DNA of 63,998 bases, the filler included, from Lama guanicoe (Eukaryota): NCBI GenBank assembly GCA_013239625.1. It is 77 parts of 72 records of this genome, joined end to end, with 100 filler letters (N's around TTAATTAATTAA, not from the genome) between each part and the next. Parts side by side here need not be neighbours in the genome. Positions count along the whole stretch, not along the records: positions 60,937 to 61,446 come from MU053179.1; positions 61,547 to 62,594 come from MU053181.1; positions 62,695 to 63,646 come from PNXV01000533.1; positions 63,747 to 63,998 come from MU053215.1; 73 more parts are not named here. One strand, given 5' to 3'. The position numbers and the translations under genes were made by a program. The notes under the pieces are model-generated. The model was given only the letters and a program-made list of their open reading frames with translations, did not search any database and had not been told where the DNA came from. Shown in pieces: positions 60,937-63,998 of the stretch (position 1 is the stretch's first letter; every line of letters starts with the position of its first letter).

Positions 60937-61446
60937 TAGGCCAGGCCATGAGGGAAAGCTGGGGGTTGGGCATGGAGGCCAAGTAATAGTGTGTGCCCCC
61001 TGATCCACTGAGGAAGTACTTAGAGGACTTCTCCCTAAACGGAACACCTTTTCCTCCATTCATCTGGGTGGAGTGGGGCTGCACAACTCTCCNNNNNNNN
61101 NNNNNNNNNNNNNNNNNNNNNNNNNNNNNNNNNNNNNNNNNNNNNNNNNNNNNNNNNNNNNNNNNNNNNNNNNNNNNNNNNNNNNNNNNNNNNNNNNNNN
61201 NNGCGGGAGTGAGGGGGACAGTGTGGTTTGGGCTCCGAAACCAAGTATTTGCGATGACCTCTCTATGGTTTGTGGAGGTGTTTAAACTACATCCCTAACC
61301 TGGGAACACCTGTGCCCCCATAAAGATCCTTGGAGTCTTTTTCCACACATCCATCACCCACACGAACACTTGCACAGTTATCCTGAGAATGGGCAGCCTC
61401 CTTCAAATGAGAGCAGGGCCTTGGTTCTTAAAAAATCGCTTAACAT
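60937..61446. repeat. SatC satellite
   Basis: Matches 37822-37929 and 52000-52160. Confidence 0.88.
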
Positions 61447-61546
61447 NNNNNNNNNNNNNNNNNNNNNNNNNNNNNNNNNNNNNNNNNNNNTTAATTAATT
61501 AANNNNNNNNNNNNNNNNNNNNNNNNNNNNNNNNNNNNNNNNNNNN

Positions 61547-61563
61547 TATATATATATATATAT

Positions 61564-61594
<31 letters not shown>

Positions 61595-61595
61595 T
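61547..61595. repeat. (TA)n(GATA)n compound microsatellite
   Basis: Direct observation. Confidence 0.95.
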
Positions 61596-62055
61596 GTGGT
61601 GATTTTAAAACAATAAGTTGAAGGGGCCCTTCCACATGAGAGTGGGGGTGTTGCCTAAATAAATTTCAAAGTTTTACTCTCCAAAAGCTAAAGGCCTTTG
61701 TGGTCCAGGCTGATGCAACAAAATTTAAGATGGTAAAATATCTGAATATTGGTACAAAGAATTGCTTAGAANNNNNNNNNNNNNNNNNNNNNNNNNNNNN
61801 NNNNNNNNNNNNNNNNNNNNNNNNNNNNNNNNNNNNNNNNNNNNNNNNNNNNNNNNNNNNNNNNNNNNNNNNNNNNNNNNNNNNNNNNNNNNNNNNNNNN
61901 NNNNNNNNNNNNNNNNNNNNNNNNNNNNNNNNNNNNNNNNNNNNNNNNNNNNNNNNNNNNNNNNNNNNNNNNNNNNNNNNNNNNNNNNNNNNNNNNNNNN
62001 NNNNNNNNNNNNNNNNNNNNNNNNNNNNNNNNNNNNNNNNNNNNNTTTTTTTTTT

Positions 62056-62594
62056 CTAATTCCCAATTAATGTTGTAAGTTTTGTACGTATATAAACCTG
62101 GCTAGGGTAACAGTTGGAGGCTGGCAATCTGTCATTTCTTTTTATTTCTTTTCTGTTTTTAATTTTTTTGAAAGTTCTATTCCCCATTGTAAGGTCGGGT
62201 TCTCAGAATAAATTTGCTAGTAAGATTTCCCGCAGAAACAACTCTATGGCATGAAGTCTTTGCCTCTACAACTCCTGCAAGATTCTCTGTCACCCGAGAA
62301 AGCTGTTTCCAGCCAGGAGGAGGGCCTCATTTTTGGAGTTGAAATGTTCCACATAAGAGTTTTACTTTTATCCTAAAAATTCAATGGATGTAACCAAATT
62401 GAGGAAAATATTATAACAGGCTCTTACTTAACCACTCAGTCCTGAACCCAGTGTCTTTCAACTTGGACCCACTTGGGACATCTCCACTGGGTGAGTATTT
62501 TCCTCATATGTTTCCACCAGTCCCACTTCAGACGTCTCCTCAAGCTGGGTTTTTCCCGTTATCATTCAACCAGGCCCCACCCAGTATGTCTCCA
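62056..62594 (-). mobile_element. Possible ERV 5' leader and degenerate gag start
   Basis: Minus-strand ATG GGG AAT (MGN, ATG at 62187), a lysine-rich stretch and a PPTVTLARF-like segment in a shifted frame. An upstream GTAAGA donor is present. Confidence 0.35.
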
Positions 62595-62694
62595 NNNNNN
62601 NNNNNNNNNNNNNNNNNNNNNNNNNNNNNNNNNNNNNNTTAATTAATTAANNNNNNNNNNNNNNNNNNNNNNNNNNNNNNNNNNNNNNNNNNNN

Positions 62695-63646
62695 TTCTGC
62701 ATTCTATATTCTAAATTCTATATTCAGTCTTCTGTATTCTATAATCTGAATTCTGTGTTCTGAATTACATGTTCTCAATTCTCGGTTTTGTATTCTGTTT
62801 TCCATATTCTATATTCTGTGTTCTACATTCTATATTCTGTATTCTATATTCTGCATTCCGTATTCTATATTCTATATTCTGTGTTCTACATTGTATATTC
62901 ATATTCTATATTCAGTTTTCGGTATTCTATATTCTAAATTCTGTGTTCTGCATTCCATGTTCTAAATTCTGGTTTCTATATTTTCTATTCTAAATTCCAT
63001 ATTTTGTGTTCATCATTTTATATTCTATATTTTATATTCTGCATTCCGTAGTCCATATTATATATTCTGTGTTCTACATTCTATATTCTAAAATATTTAT
63101 TCAGTATTATGTATTCTATGTTCTAAATTCTATATTCTGCATTCTATTTCTAAATTTTGGGTTCTATATTCTCTATTTTATATTCTACATTTTGTGATCT
63201 TTATTCTTTATTCTACCTTCTATATTCTCCATTCCGTAGTCTATATTCTATTCTGTGTTATTCAATATATATTCTAATCTAAATTCTATATTAAGTATTC
63301 TTTATTCTATTTTCTTAATTCTGTGTTCTGCATTCCTGTTTATAAATTCTATATACAGTACTCTGCATTCTATATACTTAATTCTCTGTTCTGCCTTCTA
63401 TTTTCTAAATTCTGTATTCAGTATTCTGTATACTATATTTTAAACACTGTGTTCTGAATTCCATGTTCTAAATTCTGGGTTCTGTATTCTGTTGTCCATA
63501 TTCTATTTTGTGTTCTACTTCTATATTCTACATTCAATATTCTGCATTCCGTATTCTACATACCATACTCTGTGTACTATATTCTATATTCTAAATCCGA
63601 TATTCAGTATTCTGTAATCTATATTCTAAATTCTGTGTTCTGAATT
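62695..63646. repeat. SatB heptamer satellite
   Basis: 7-bp periodicity. 63280-63440 is paralogous to the reverse complement of 6745-6910. Confidence 0.95.
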
Positions 63647-63998
63647 NNNNNNNNNNNNNNNNNNNNNNNNNNNNNNNNNNNNNNNNNNNNTTAATTAATT
63701 AANNNNNNNNNNNNNNNNNNNNNNNNNNNNNNNNNNNNNNNNNNNNATACATTTATTTGCATGTAATCTGGGCTTTGGACTAGAACACCAAGTTCTTGCT
63801 GTCCACAAGCCACAAAAATAGGAGCCAAATTGCACAAGTGTTAAATAGTTTATACTTTTTCCTGAGAAAGTATCATTGAATTTGGGACTTGGGCTGATTT
63901 TTGCTTTTTGCTTTCCCCACTGCTCTTGTAATCTCTCACTCCTTTCCATGTGGCCCCCAAGATTTTGTGGTCTCAACGTAGCGGGCAAAGTCCCAGTT

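Noticed and set aside
2201..62070. Long ORFs made mostly of X residues
   Set aside because: They are read-through of N gaps.
954..63746. Regularly recurring TTAATTAATTAA separated by unique ~0.3-1.5 kb pieces, superficially like a CRISPR array or cassette system
   Set aside because: It is always flanked by 44 N on each side and is a six-frame-stop scaffolding linker, not biology.

Overview
This window is not one contiguous locus. It is a concatenation of about 77 short unplaced mammalian contigs or mini-scaffolds joined by an artificial 100-bp linker (N44-TTAATTAATTAA-N44, which has stops in all six frames), so neighbouring pieces are not biologically adjacent. The content is mostly repeat DNA. 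The L1 ends look cetartiodactyl; camelid is my inference from the 267-bp satellite. There are five satellite families: SatA (GC/CpG-rich, 267 bp), SatC (diverged relative of SatA, ~266 bp), SatB (AT-rich, 7-bp AGAATAT periodicity with long higher-order units), SatD (~247-249 bp) and SatE (~246-bp monomer, 738-bp trimer, homologous to SatD). The window also holds many LINE-1 fragments, L2/MIR relics, a solo ERV1-type LTR with a 4-bp TSD and ERV internal pieces. Two genic pieces are recognisable: an OR2T1-like olfactory receptor with probable disabling changes, and a diverged, frameshifted, intron-flanked copy of a TRAPPC9 exon. A few CpG islands and orphan exon candidates are also present. Nearly all supplied ORFs are artefacts of N-runs or satellites. 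I see no novel multi-gene system. The most interesting signals are the homologies between the satellite families, their higher-order structure, and the TRAPPC9 duplicate.
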